Shown here piece after piece: positions 39,301 through 47,635 of a stretch of 64,000 nucleotides of DNA (position 1 is its first letter; each line of letters starts with the position of its first letter). The notes under the pieces were generated by a model. The model had not been told where the DNA came from. It saw only the letters and a list, made by a program, of their open reading frames with translations, and did no database searches. Source of the DNA: a virus. A program made the position numbers and the translations under genes. The stretch is taken from IMG/VR virus record IMGVR_UViG_3300038463_000401; one strand, written 5' to 3'.

Positions 39301-42300
39301 TTCGAAGACGGGATCGTCATCACTGAGTCCGCCGCGGACAAGCTGACAAGCGAACACATCCACAAGAAGAGCAAGGATCTCAGCGACGCCAACATCCTTG
39401 GTCTCTCCGCCTTCCGTAGCTTCTACCCAAACACGCTATCCGCACAGAACATGGCCAAGCTTGACGAGCAGGGCATCATCAAGAAGGGACAGACGGTCCG
39501 CCACGGCGAAGCCCTTGCGGCTATCCTCCAGCGCCGCGGTGCGTCGCCCATGATCAGCGTCGTCAACCGCGCGCTATCCGAACGCCCCAAAGACGCGTCC
39601 ATGTATTGGACGCTCGAGGACGACGGCCAGGTTATTGACGTGCAGAAGACACCGACCGGCGTCACCGTGTGCGTGAAGACCGAAGAGCGCGCCCGCATCG
39701 GGGACAAGCTCTCCGGCCGCTACGGCAACAAGGGTATCATCACCAAGATCCTGGCCGACAAGGAAGCGCCGCGCGACGCGTCAGGAAAGCCCGTCGAGAT
39801 CTTGCTCAATCCTCACGGCGTTATCACCCGTATCAACGTCAGCCAGATCTATGAAAGCGCTACCAGCAAGGCCGCGCTCAAGGCTGGCAAGCCTATCAGG
39901 GTCAGCAACTTTGACGGCGGGAACAACCTTGACCTTACGAAGGGGATTATCGACAAGGCGGGCACTCCCGACAAAGAGGAGCTTTTTGACCCAACGACCG
40001 GGAAGAGTCTCGGCAAAGTCCATGTCGGTAACCCCTATATCCTAAAATTATTCAAGCAAGGTACGGTCAACTTCTCTGTCCGTCAAGGCGGCCCCGGCAA
40101 TCCTTACGATGCCACAAACCGTCAGCCACTTAAAGCCGGCGGTGAAGAGGGCGCGAAGGCTATGGACGTGCTCACTACGTATGCCATGCTGGCCCACGGC
40201 GCACGCGCTAATCTAAGAGAAATGGGGACGATCAAGAGCGACCAGAACGACGAGTTCTGGAAGGCTTTGAAGTCCGGCCAGCCACTGCCGCCGCCCAAGT
40301 CCCCGTTTGTCTACGACAAGTTCATGGGCTACCTGCGCGCCGCGGGCATTGACGTTAAGAAAGACGGGAGCAAGCTCACGCTGGCGCCCCTGACGGATAA
40401 GCAGGTTCTTAAGCAAAGCTCCGGCGAGATTAAGAACATCCAGTTCTACCGCGGCAAAGGCGAAGGCGAGAAAGAGCCAATGAAGGGCGGCTTCTTTGAC
40501 AAGACGCTCACCGGCGGCTACAAGGGCGAGAAGTGGAACCACATCGAGCTTCATGAGCCGGTGGTCAACCCTGTCTTCGAAGTCGCAGTCAGCAAGCTCA
40601 CCGGCCTCGGCAAAAAGTACGACGACGTCGTCGCCGGCAAACTGCATTTGGACCCCAAAACAGGGTTGTTTAATACCGAGGGCAAGGGCCTGACCGGCGG
40701 GCGCGCCGTTGAACATTTGTTAAAGCAAATCGACGTCGACGCCGAGATGAAGTCGCAGCTGCGCATCGCTAGCAAGGCCACCGGCGCCGCGCTCGACGAC
40801 GCCAATAAGCGCATGCGCTATTTAACTGCGTTAAAAGTTAACGGCCTGAGCCCTGCGGAAGCCTACATCCGCAAGTCCGTGCCGATCCTGCCGCCGGCCT
40901 ACCGGCCAATCTATCCTTTACCGGATGGGTCGATGGGCAGCTCGGACATCAACTATCTCTACCAGCACGCCGGTGTGCTCAACACCATGGCGAAGCTGCC
41001 AGTCATGGACCTCCTCGCCGAAGAGGAGAAGGCTGGAATCCGCAGCGACGTCAACCAGTCCGTCAAAGCGATTGCGGGTCTGACTGACCTGGCGATCAAG
41101 GGCCGCACGCGGGAAGGCTTCATCTCCGAGATCAAAGGCGGCACTGGCGGCCAGCCCAAAGAGGGCTTCTTCATCAGCAAGATGATCTCGAAGAAACAGG
41201 ACTTCGTCGGCCGCGGCACGATCATCCCCGAGCCCGATCTCGGCATCGACGAGATGGCCATGCCCGAAGAGATGGCATGGAAGCTTTTCGAGCCATTCGT
41301 TATTCGCGAATTGAAGAACCACGGGAAGAACCCGCTGCAAGCCCAGGATGAGATTAAGAATAAAACCCCCTTGGCAAAGCGCGCGCTCGACATCGTCATG
41401 GCCCAGCGCCATGTCCTGCTCAACAGAGCGCCGTCGCTGCACAAGTTCTCAATCATGGCCTTCCGCCCCAAGATCACTGCCGGCCGCGCGCTGAAGATTC
41501 CACCGCTAGTTTGCAAAGGATTTAATGCTGACTTCGACGGCGATGATCAACAGAATTTGATAGCGACATTCGTAACAAATGAAGGTATAAGCAATCTGTT
41601 AAAGATTGTAAAGCCATCTTTTGTTACGGAGAGGATCATGACAGCCCGATTTAAGGTTCAACTGCCGACCATGAATCATAAAGGTGAGATTTTATTGTTC
41701 AACTTAGAAGACTTTCCCCATGGAGAGCTTCTAGGCAGCAAAGAAGGGGAAAAGGGTAGGATAGATTTCTACAGGGCACTGCCAGGATTCCATGTTGTGG
41801 CCCACGATGCTGTCACTGGCAGGTTGGATTGGAAGCCGGTGTTTGGTTGGTCGAAGCACTACCAGCGCGAGGTAGAAGTTGTTACGCTTGCCAGCGGGCA
41901 GCAAATAATCACGGATGATGATCCGCGGGCTATTTACGGAATCGCGCGCGGTAGCCTAGAATTTAGCCGCTTCCGCCCTAAAGATGCCACAGGTGTCTTT
42001 GTTCCAAGAGCCTCCAGAATCACTTTAGACGGGGCTCCTATTTACAATGCAGTGCCTTTTGGTGATAAAGAATTGCAACCGCTCAATGAGGACTTTGGTT
42101 ACTTCGTTGGCTGTTTGGTCTCCAACGGGTGGGTTGAGCATCATCTAGAAAAACCTACAGGGAGGGTTTTCCTCGCAGCTAAGACAGAGGAAGTCTCCAG
42201 AAAATACCTGCGCATAGTAAAAGAATTATTCGGCGATCGCCACATTTGTCGGCAAGAGCGCGGGGAGCCTGGGCCAGATGATAATTTCTACGGCGAGGCT

Positions 42301-45045
42301 GTTAAGCACTCGTTCATGTACCATGATCTGGCAGAGGCAATTGCCGCATGGATTGGCTGCGGGGCTCGCAATAAGCATCTGCCCGCATTCTTCTTATCGG
42401 CGCCTAAAGAATTTCAGCTTGGAATGCTTGCGGGGTTAATGGATAGCGATGGCTCAATCAGTGTAAGCCATGGCAAGAAAACCCCCCAGCTCGGAGTCCA
42501 ATACTCTAGCAGCAGCCTACGTCTTCTCCAAGAGATTCAGCTGCTAACTAGAGCCTTAGGTATCAAATCTAGGATTACACCGTTTAAAACCCCGGCTGGA
42601 GAGCCTTTCTGGTATTTAAGCTTTTCCACGCCAGATGCTAAAACTTGGAACGGGCGCGGCATGGTTCATCCTGCGAAGGTAGGAAACCTGCACAATACCT
42701 TTGTCGATGCGGAATCCAATGTGGTTGCCCGTTACGATATTGTGCCGATCTCTTCAAGTCTTGCTAGCCTTATGCGCAAAATATTGGGAGCACCGAGAGA
42801 TGCCAGCCATGAGCATAAGTGCATCTACGCCATTCTTTCCAAGTCTCTGACATCGGGGAGTCTAAGCAGGCAGACGGCTAAAAGGCTCTTCAACTATTTA
42901 GACCGCGCAAAGGTTTGCGACCACCCTGACTTAAAGGTGTGGGAGGGGATCGTCGAAAATGAGGATATCGCGTGGGATCAAGTAGAGGGGTTTGAACGGT
43001 CCCACATCAGGGAAGACGGCTACGACCTGACAGTCCCGGGCTTTGAAACCTTTATGAGTGTTGAAGGAATCATCCTCTCCAACACTATGACCGTGCATGT
43101 ACCCATTAGCGAGGACGCTAACCAAGAGGCGGCTAAGCTTCTGCCATCAAGGAACCTTTTTCAACCTGGGACGGGGCGCCTCATGGTAGCCCCGTCCCAA
43201 GAGGCCCAGGTGGGCCTCTTTTACCTATCAAAGGCGCCGGCCGGCAAAGCGATCCTGGCCAAGATCATCGGCCCGAAATTTGAGTTACCTCAAATATTCG
43301 ATAAGAAGGCTACCGGCGCTTTGCTGCAAAGCATGGCCAAAGGCATGACCGCGCCGGAGTTCTCCACCGCGGTCGCCGCGCTTAAGCACGCCGGCGAGAC
43401 CCACGCCTACGACTCGGGGTTCACCCTCGGTATCGACGACCTGATCGGCATCCGCAAGGACCGCGACGCCATCGTGGCGGCGGCGACCACTCAGGCGGGC
43501 AAAGCCAAAGACGAGGCCGGTGTTGCCGCTGTGAACAAGTCCGCAACTGCCCTTATTGACAAGGCAATAGACAAACGACTGAAGGGCACGAATAACCCCC
43601 TCTATGACATGGTAGAATCAGGAGCGCGCGGCGATCGGTCGCAGCTGCGAAGCATCATAGCGACCCCGCTCTTCATGACCGACGCCCACGGCGGTACCGT
43701 CCGGACACCGATCAAGCGCTCCTATAGCGAAGGGCTCGACGTAGGGGATTACTGGACCAGCATGTACGGCGCCCGCACGGGGGCAATGGCCCGCTCGATC
43801 CAGTCAAGCCTGCCAGGCGCGTTCAACAAAGACGTTATGGCTACGACGATCGACAACGTAATCACGGCCAACGACTGCGGGACAAAGGATGGCGTCACCC
43901 TTCCGATCACGGATACAGCTGATATCCTGGATCGCTATACAGCCGGTGGCGTTCTTGGCCAGCCGTACAACGCCTTGGTCGATCAGCGACTTCTGGCATC
44001 GCTTAGGGCGAGCGGGGCCAAAACCATCAAAGTCAGATCTCCGCTCACTTGCCACCGGCCGAAAGGAATCTGCGCACACTGCCACGGACTCGACGCCCAC
44101 AGCAAGCTCCCAGAAATCGGAGACAACGTAGGCGCGGTGGCCGGGCAGACGATCAGCGAACCACTCATTCAAATCGTCATGAATGCTAGGCACACTGGCG
44201 GCGTGGCCGGCGCAAAGGGCTCTTCTCAGGGTGGTTACCAGAGGATAGACCAACTACTAAAATTGCCAAAGATAGTAGTTGGTGCGGCAGCCTTGGCCCC
44301 CAAGGCCGGCACGGTCAAGAAGATCGAGAAGGGCTTGGCTGGAGGCTTCAACGTTACGGTTGGCGAGACTGTCAACCACGTTGAGAGCGGGCTGGCCTTG
44401 AAGATCAAGGTCGGCGATCACGTCGCGGCAGGTGACGCGCTCTCGGATGGGGTTTTAAAACCCCAAGACCTAGTGCGCTTCAAGGGCATGCAGCCGGCGC
44501 AGCAGTACATCGTCGACGAGCTCCACAAGGCCTACCACGCTGAAGGCGTGCCGATCGCCAAGCGGATCTTTGAGACCGTGGTGCGGTCGCTAGGGAACAC
44601 CACCACTGTTTTGAATAATTCAAAAGATAGCGGGCACCTTCCCGGAGACACCGCGCCTTACACGGTCGTCCAGGATTTCAACCGCAACCTGATCACAGGT
44701 GTACCGCTGGACGAGGCCGATGGGATGACGCTCGCCGAGGGCGTAGGGGGACTTCGGACAGGGCACGTCCTGACGCCAGATGATCTTAAATTGCTACGCG
44801 TTAAGGGCGTCGTCCAAGTCAAGATCAGCCGAGACCCGATCGTGCACGCGCCGTTCCTCAAGGGCATTACGACGCTGCCGCTTCTAAAGAAGGACTGGAT
44901 GAGCGCGCTCGGCTACCGTTACCTTGCGAAGTCCCTCACTGAAGGCGCGTCGCAAGGCTGGAAGACCGACGTGGCCGCAGAGCACCCGATACCCGCGCTC
45001 GCACATGCAGCATCGTTTGGTCAGGGCAAGGGAGGGAAGTACTGA
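36397..45045 (+). CDS. rpoBC: Single-chain multisubunit-type RNA polymerase, beta and beta' fused, with two inteins
   Basis: beta motifs HPSHYG..PIHTPE, GDKLSGRYGNKG, ILLNPHGV.R.N; beta' motifs HIEL, LLNRAPSLH, NADFDGD, trigger loop EP..Q..M...HTGG, and Zn site C..RSP..C......C..C. Confidence 0.96.
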   Translation: MRNFDPTQQFAAIKKSATDAVKEIFPVEGKLRTIRLVDVTVNDTLDPTDYKSQVQSKEREGTWGAPVMAELELVDKTTNKVIDKAKVKLFTLPKLTNRFSYIVNGNEYQVHNQLRLKSGVYTLRKQNGELKTQVNLAKGKNFDLAFNERTGLFTIQKVGGGQANIPLYPVLTHLGISPTGIATAWGSQLQQANSKADPKAVARTESAFGIKPGELKDYLAKTVLNPETTKTVLGQSYERVDGPLLLAAAKDLLQVHLGQKEPTDRDSLAFKELHSVEDFIHERIQKNKQPLAFKLRRNVDNLKRDKLSQIVNPGAFQSTVEGFFTQDDKSATPEQTNPVEMLAGQYMTTIMGSGGIGSDHAVTAGMREIHPSHYGFMDPIHTPECYDPETEVLTQEGWKKWPDVTKKDLFACRIDGELQFHKAEALHRSHYEGTMYGAQTGKLDYLVTPNHRMLVRPLDSKLNAWRIASAEEIHRKPRTFCTTHEPFKGNSDFTRYAFQYVPGSNSMVHTESVDIGDWCEFMGWFLAEGSTHISSKVSDYRVHIFQSKEANPESCARIERLLNRLPWTWSFSSGNAYTICGKELVCQLNGQGYCDTKFIPTELLSAPVAARTRMLEALLRGDGRIDSVRATGVRYKQQVFTTTSKRLAEGFEQLAIGLGYSVRTGQYKDKREERYLDTYEVRLLQRLTRSARKHNNRRKSCDYFTTQYCGEVHCATVPGGLLFVRRNGSVPIWLGNSSRVGVNMHLPMGIQKDGKDLKMTVLRPDGRTSTTINPTEAYEARVAFPGQMPGDSPTVKVQYRGKSIVVPRGTVDYYTPAPSALFSWSTNLIPFLPSTQGNRSMMASKMIEQAIALKHREAPLIQVESKPGSSFEENIGNSLAILAPADGVIKKVTKDALVLRTSEGDKIFNLYNNFTLNRKSFMNHEPLVKVGDRVKKGQVLADSNFTKGGTLALGTNMRVAYLPYKGLNFEDGIVITESAADKLTSEHIHKKSKDLSDANILGLSAFRSFYPNTLSAQNMAKLDEQGIIKKGQTVRHGEALAAILQRRGASPMISVVNRALSERPKDASMYWTLEDDGQVIDVQKTPTGVTVCVKTEERARIGDKLSGRYGNKGIITKILADKEAPRDASGKPVEILLNPHGVITRINVSQIYESATSKAALKAGKPIRVSNFDGGNNLDLTKGIIDKAGTPDKEELFDPTTGKSLGKVHVGNPYILKLFKQGTVNFSVRQGGPGNPYDATNRQPLKAGGEEGAKAMDVLTTYAMLAHGARANLREMGTIKSDQNDEFWKALKSGQPLPPPKSPFVYDKFMGYLRAAGIDVKKDGSKLTLAPLTDKQVLKQSSGEIKNIQFYRGKGEGEKEPMKGGFFDKTLTGGYKGEKWNHIELHEPVVNPVFEVAVSKLTGLGKKYDDVVAGKLHLDPKTGLFNTEGKGLTGGRAVEHLLKQIDVDAEMKSQLRIASKATGAALDDANKRMRYLTALKVNGLSPAEAYIRKSVPILPPAYRPIYPLPDGSMGSSDINYLYQHAGVLNTMAKLPVMDLLAEEEKAGIRSDVNQSVKAIAGLTDLAIKGRTREGFISEIKGGTGGQPKEGFFISKMISKKQDFVGRGTIIPEPDLGIDEMAMPEEMAWKLFEPFVIRELKNHGKNPLQAQDEIKNKTPLAKRALDIVMAQRHVLLNRAPSLHKFSIMAFRPKITAGRALKIPPLVCKGFNADFDGDDQQNLIATFVTNEGISNLLKIVKPSFVTERIMTARFKVQLPTMNHKGEILLFNLEDFPHGELLGSKEGEKGRIDFYRALPGFHVVAHDAVTGRLDWKPVFGWSKHYQREVEVVTLASGQQIITDDDPRAIYGIARGSLEFSRFRPKDATGVFVPRASRITLDGAPIYNAVPFGDKELQPLNEDFGYFVGCLVSNGWVEHHLEKPTGRVFLAAKTEEVSRKYLRIVKELFGDRHICRQERGEPGPDDNFYGEAVKHSFMYHDLAEAIAAWIGCGARNKHLPAFFLSAPKEFQLGMLAGLMDSDGSISVSHGKKTPQLGVQYSSSSLRLLQEIQLLTRALGIKSRITPFKTPAGEPFWYLSFSTPDAKTWNGRGMVHPAKVGNLHNTFVDAESNVVARYDIVPISSSLASLMRKILGAPRDASHEHKCIYAILSKSLTSGSLSRQTAKRLFNYLDRAKVCDHPDLKVWEGIVENEDIAWDQVEGFERSHIREDGYDLTVPGFETFMSVEGIILSNTMTVHVPISEDANQEAAKLLPSRNLFQPGTGRLMVAPSQEAQVGLFYLSKAPAGKAILAKIIGPKFELPQIFDKKATGALLQSMAKGMTAPEFSTAVAALKHAGETHAYDSGFTLGIDDLIGIRKDRDAIVAAATTQAGKAKDEAGVAAVNKSATALIDKAIDKRLKGTNNPLYDMVESGARGDRSQLRSIIATPLFMTDAHGGTVRTPIKRSYSEGLDVGDYWTSMYGARTGAMARSIQSSLPGAFNKDVMATTIDNVITANDCGTKDGVTLPITDTADILDRYTAGGVLGQPYNALVDQRLLASLRASGAKTIKVRSPLTCHRPKGICAHCHGLDAHSKLPEIGDNVGAVAGQTISEPLIQIVMNARHTGGVAGAKGSSQGGYQRIDQLLKLPKIVVGAAALAPKAGTVKKIEKGLAGGFNVTVGETVNHVESGLALKIKVGDHVAAGDALSDGVLKPQDLVRFKGMQPAQQYIVDELHKAYHAEGVPIAKRIFETVVRSLGNTTTVLNNSKDSGHLPGDTAPYTVVQDFNRNLITGVPLDEADGMTLAEGVGGLRTGHVLTPDDLKLLRVKGVVQVKISRDPIVHAPFLKGITTLPLLKKDWMSALGYRYLAKSLTEGASQGWKTDVAAEHPIPALAHAASFGQGKGGKY
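37549..38604 (+). mobile_element. Intein 1 in the beta region (Cys1...Asn, +1 Ser) with LAGLIDADG endonuclease
   Basis: HTPE|CYDPETEVLT...TPNHRM...WFLAEG...LLRGDG...VHCATVP...WLGN|SSRVG. Confidence 0.92.
41545..43083 (+). mobile_element. Atypical intein 2 inserted immediately after NADFDGD, with LAGLIDADG endonuclease
   Basis: NADFDGD|DQQNLI...LAGLMDSDG...YDLTVPGFETF...ILSN|TMTVHVP; removal restores NADFDGDTMTVHVP. Confidence 0.85.
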
Positions 45046-46076
45046 TGACTGCCTTCTGGGACGGCTTCGAAAAGCGCGGCTCGCTTCAGAAAGAGGCGAT
45101 CTTCGGCGCGCTCGGCGCCCACCTTGCTCAGAACGTCCTCATGCAAAAACTCATTCGCAGTAAGCGGTTTGGCGGCTCTCTCGCAGGAGAGTTTCAGCAC
45201 GGGCTCGCTGGCAGAAGTCCAGGCAGGATCAGCCAATTCATTAGAGGCATGGCCACTGGCGCAACCGCCCCAGAGATAAAAATGATGAAGGATCACGCCA
45301 GAGAAATGGGCGGGCATGTCGCTCAGTCTCTTAGAGAGCAGGGCGTCACGCACCTCAAGCCGCAGGATATCTCCCTCGCCAGAAGTCTGACCCAGGGCCG
45401 GTTTAGCCGCCTCCTTGACCCGAAGCACTTCCAGGCAGATAACCCAACCCATCAAGCCATCCTAAATGTGGCAAACAAGCATCTTGGCACAGGGATCACA
45501 CCAGAGCTGCTACGCTCGTCACCAGAGCAACTGAAGCCGCATCTCGGCCGGCTGGAAGAAGCCTGGCGCAGCAAGAAGTCCCCAGTAACATCTAATCTGT
45601 TCTCCCAGCTCACGAAGAATCCAGGCAAGCCTGGGTTCATACCGAGAGCTCAGATGGCGAACGTAGCCCATGAGGTCGGGAATAAGCCGATAGACCTGCG
45701 GCACAAGTCTGGTCTTGCTGGTGGGCTCGTTGGCTCCGCAGCAACTGGGGTTATAGATCCGGCTACCGGTGCGCTAAACGCAAGCAAGATCATGACGACC
45801 AACCCGGCAGGCAGAGCGCTAGTCTCTCAAGCACCCCTGGGGCAAAAGGCCCTAGTAGCCGCGGATAAGCATTTCTTCACGCAGCCCATACAGAATGCCG
45901 CTCAACAGGGCCTCAGCGGGCAGAGGACCAGTCCGATACGGCACGCCGTCAATAGCCTCGGCCTAAATGCGGCCACCGCAGAAATGGCACACTCTGCTAA
46001 CCAGCTCGGCGCTGCGGCGTCGAATGTCGCCCCCAGACCGCTTATGCTCAAACGAGCGCTAGAGGAGGGGTACTGA
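45045..46076 (+). CDS. Hypothetical virion protein with N-terminal FWDGFEKR tag
   Basis: MTAFWDGFEKRGSLQKEA start; coupled to the RNAP stop codon. Confidence 0.7.
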   Translation: MTAFWDGFEKRGSLQKEAIFGALGAHLAQNVLMQKLIRSKRFGGSLAGEFQHGLAGRSPGRISQFIRGMATGATAPEIKMMKDHAREMGGHVAQSLREQGVTHLKPQDISLARSLTQGRFSRLLDPKHFQADNPTHQAILNVANKHLGTGITPELLRSSPEQLKPHLGRLEEAWRSKKSPVTSNLFSQLTKNPGKPGFIPRAQMANVAHEVGNKPIDLRHKSGLAGGLVGSAATGVIDPATGALNASKIMTTNPAGRALVSQAPLGQKALVAADKHFFTQPIQNAAQQGLSGQRTSPIRHAVNSLGLNAATAEMAHSANQLGAAASNVAPRPLMLKRALEEGY

Positions 46077-46336
46077 TGGCCGGCGCAGCCCCAATCCTCA
46101 TCGGAGGTACCTTCACCCCAACCTGGCACGTGCCCAGCTGCCCGTGCGATAGTTGTATTGCTACGCGCAAGACCCTAGACGGTCTTGGGGAGTTCCTAAA
46201 GGAACTGGAGAAGGACCCTGCCAAGAAGGCAGAGTGGCAGGCCAAGGTTCACGCTCGCTTGGATAAGCACAGACGAACTAAACCCGTAAAGCTACAGCCA
46301 CGTAACTGCGATTGTTGCCACTGCAGGAGATACTAA
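46076..46336 (+). CDS. Small Cys-rich protein
   Basis: CPCDSC and CDCCHC clusters; coupled on both sides. Confidence 0.55.
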   Translation: MAGAAPILIGGTFTPTWHVPSCPCDSCIATRKTLDGLGEFLKELEKDPAKKAEWQAKVHARLDKHRRTKPVKLQPRNCDCCHCRRY

Positions 46337-47286
46337 TGTCACCAAGTGAAGAAATCAAAGCACGCTGGGCACTACTTAAACGCGACCGCGCACCATCCCC
46401 AGAGATGATGGCTGGCGAGAAGACTGCTAAAGAGCTGACCTCCAAGTCCAGGGGCAACCTACCGGACAGCGCGTTCGTCTTCCCCAAGGAACGAAAATTT
46501 CCGATACACGACGAAGCCCACGCCAGAAACGCTTTAGCCCGTGCTCACTTCGCTTCTGATCCAGCGAAGGTCAGGGCGGCTGTGCACGCGCGTTACCCCG
46601 GCATCCAAGAGAAGGTTGCAAGCGTTGCCAAAGGCCTCCTCTCCGGCCTCCTAGGCGTCAGCGACTTCACCCCGACAGTTCTATCCCGCCAGGCGGGCAA
46701 GGGCATCCGTCGCGCAGTCGTCCCCGTCGGAGCGGCCGGCGGTGCCGCGGCCCTCGTCAAGAAGCAAGAGCAGGATGAAGACGACCAGGAGCCGGCCAAG
46801 GAGGCGGGCGTGCGCGACAACCTCCACCTCGGCCTTCTTGGCCTTGGTACGGTCGGAGCGCTTTCCAGTGCGCATTCCGCGCATCGCGCCGCGACCACTC
46901 GCGAGAAGGAATACAAGCAAAAGTACGAGAAGACGGCGATGTGGGACGGGTTCGACAAAGAGGCGACCGTCTTCAATATCAAGCACGGCAAAGAGCTGTC
47001 GGCAGTAACGCAGAAGCTTCGCAACCTGATGAACAAGAAGGCCGGCATCTTCGATGCAATAGGACGGCTTGCCAAAACGGAGCACAAAGTCGTCCATGAG
47101 CTAGGACCCGAGTCTCTCGCGGCGATACACAGGATGGCCGAAGGCGTTGGAAAGAAGTCCAAACCCATGGAGATCTTGAAGAGCGGTTTGCTCGGTGCAG
47201 GCGGCCTCGCTGCGGGGACGGCTATTGGCGGCGCGCTGGGCAGCCGACTCGGGCGGCGCGTGGCGCCGGCGAAGCCTGATACCTAA
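46336..47286 (+). CDS. KxA-punctuated protein with DUF6582-like motif and glycine-zipper segments
   Basis: LPDSAFVFPKERKFPIHDEAHARNALAR; KTAMWDGFDKEA; GGLAAGTAIGGALG. Start reassigned to ATG 46336. Confidence 0.7.
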   Translation: MSPSEEIKARWALLKRDRAPSPEMMAGEKTAKELTSKSRGNLPDSAFVFPKERKFPIHDEAHARNALARAHFASDPAKVRAAVHARYPGIQEKVASVAKGLLSGLLGVSDFTPTVLSRQAGKGIRRAVVPVGAAGGAAALVKKQEQDEDDQEPAKEAGVRDNLHLGLLGLGTVGALSSAHSAHRAATTREKEYKQKYEKTAMWDGFDKEATVFNIKHGKELSAVTQKLRNLMNKKAGIFDAIGRLAKTEHKVVHELGPESLAAIHRMAEGVGKKSKPMEILKSGLLGAGGLAAGTAIGGALGSRLGRRVAPAKPDT

Positions 47287-47554
47287 AAATAACCGCAACA
47301 TTTTATAGCCACGATAACCCCTTGCGGGGCGCTTTATTTTAGTTCTTTTCTTTCGAAAAGCGATCCACTTGTTCTGCTTGCGCAGCTACATATATCGACA
47401 TGAACACAACTCCGTTCCCACGCTGTACACAACTTCCATGTCATGAATTCAGCGTAGCACTAAGGCAAGGAATACCAGCTTTCGTAACCTTCCCTTAGAT
47501 CAGTTAACAGTTCAACAGACACACAAAGATCATCCAGTAATCTAAGTGTCGCTT

Positions 47555-47569
47555 CATAATACTTATACC
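47555..47569 (-). promoter_or_regulatory. Recurrent promoter-like motif, variant (copy D)
   Basis: Plus strand reads CATAATACTTATACC (one mismatch in the CAA part). Confidence 0.4.
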
Positions 47570-47604
47570 AAATTTCTGGGTGCCCCAATATTTTGCCGAT
47601 AGGT

Positions 47605-47634
47605 AAAAGAAACCGACTGGTGTTACCCAGTCGG
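47605..47634 (-). terminator. Intrinsic terminator closing the RAMP gene plus array transcript
   Basis: Perfect 8-bp stem CCGACTGG/CCAGTCGG with a 6-nt loop, followed on the - strand by TTTCTTTT. Confidence 0.85.
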
Positions 47635-47635
47635 C

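Noticed and set aside
41545-43083. Class 3 intein or group I intron
   Set aside because: There is no block F Cys or WCT triplet. The frame is continuous with an intein-type Asn/Thr C-junction, and I recognised no intron core.
36397-45045. Bacterial chromosomal rpoB-rpoC locus
   Set aside because: No ribosomal-protein genes flank it, it is highly diverged and shortened, and it is surrounded by portal, terminase and baseplate genes.
47290-47554. Small minus-strand ORFs downstream of promoter copy D
   Set aside because: Only short frames without a clear RBS were found; a small gene or RNA cannot be excluded, but I could not support one.
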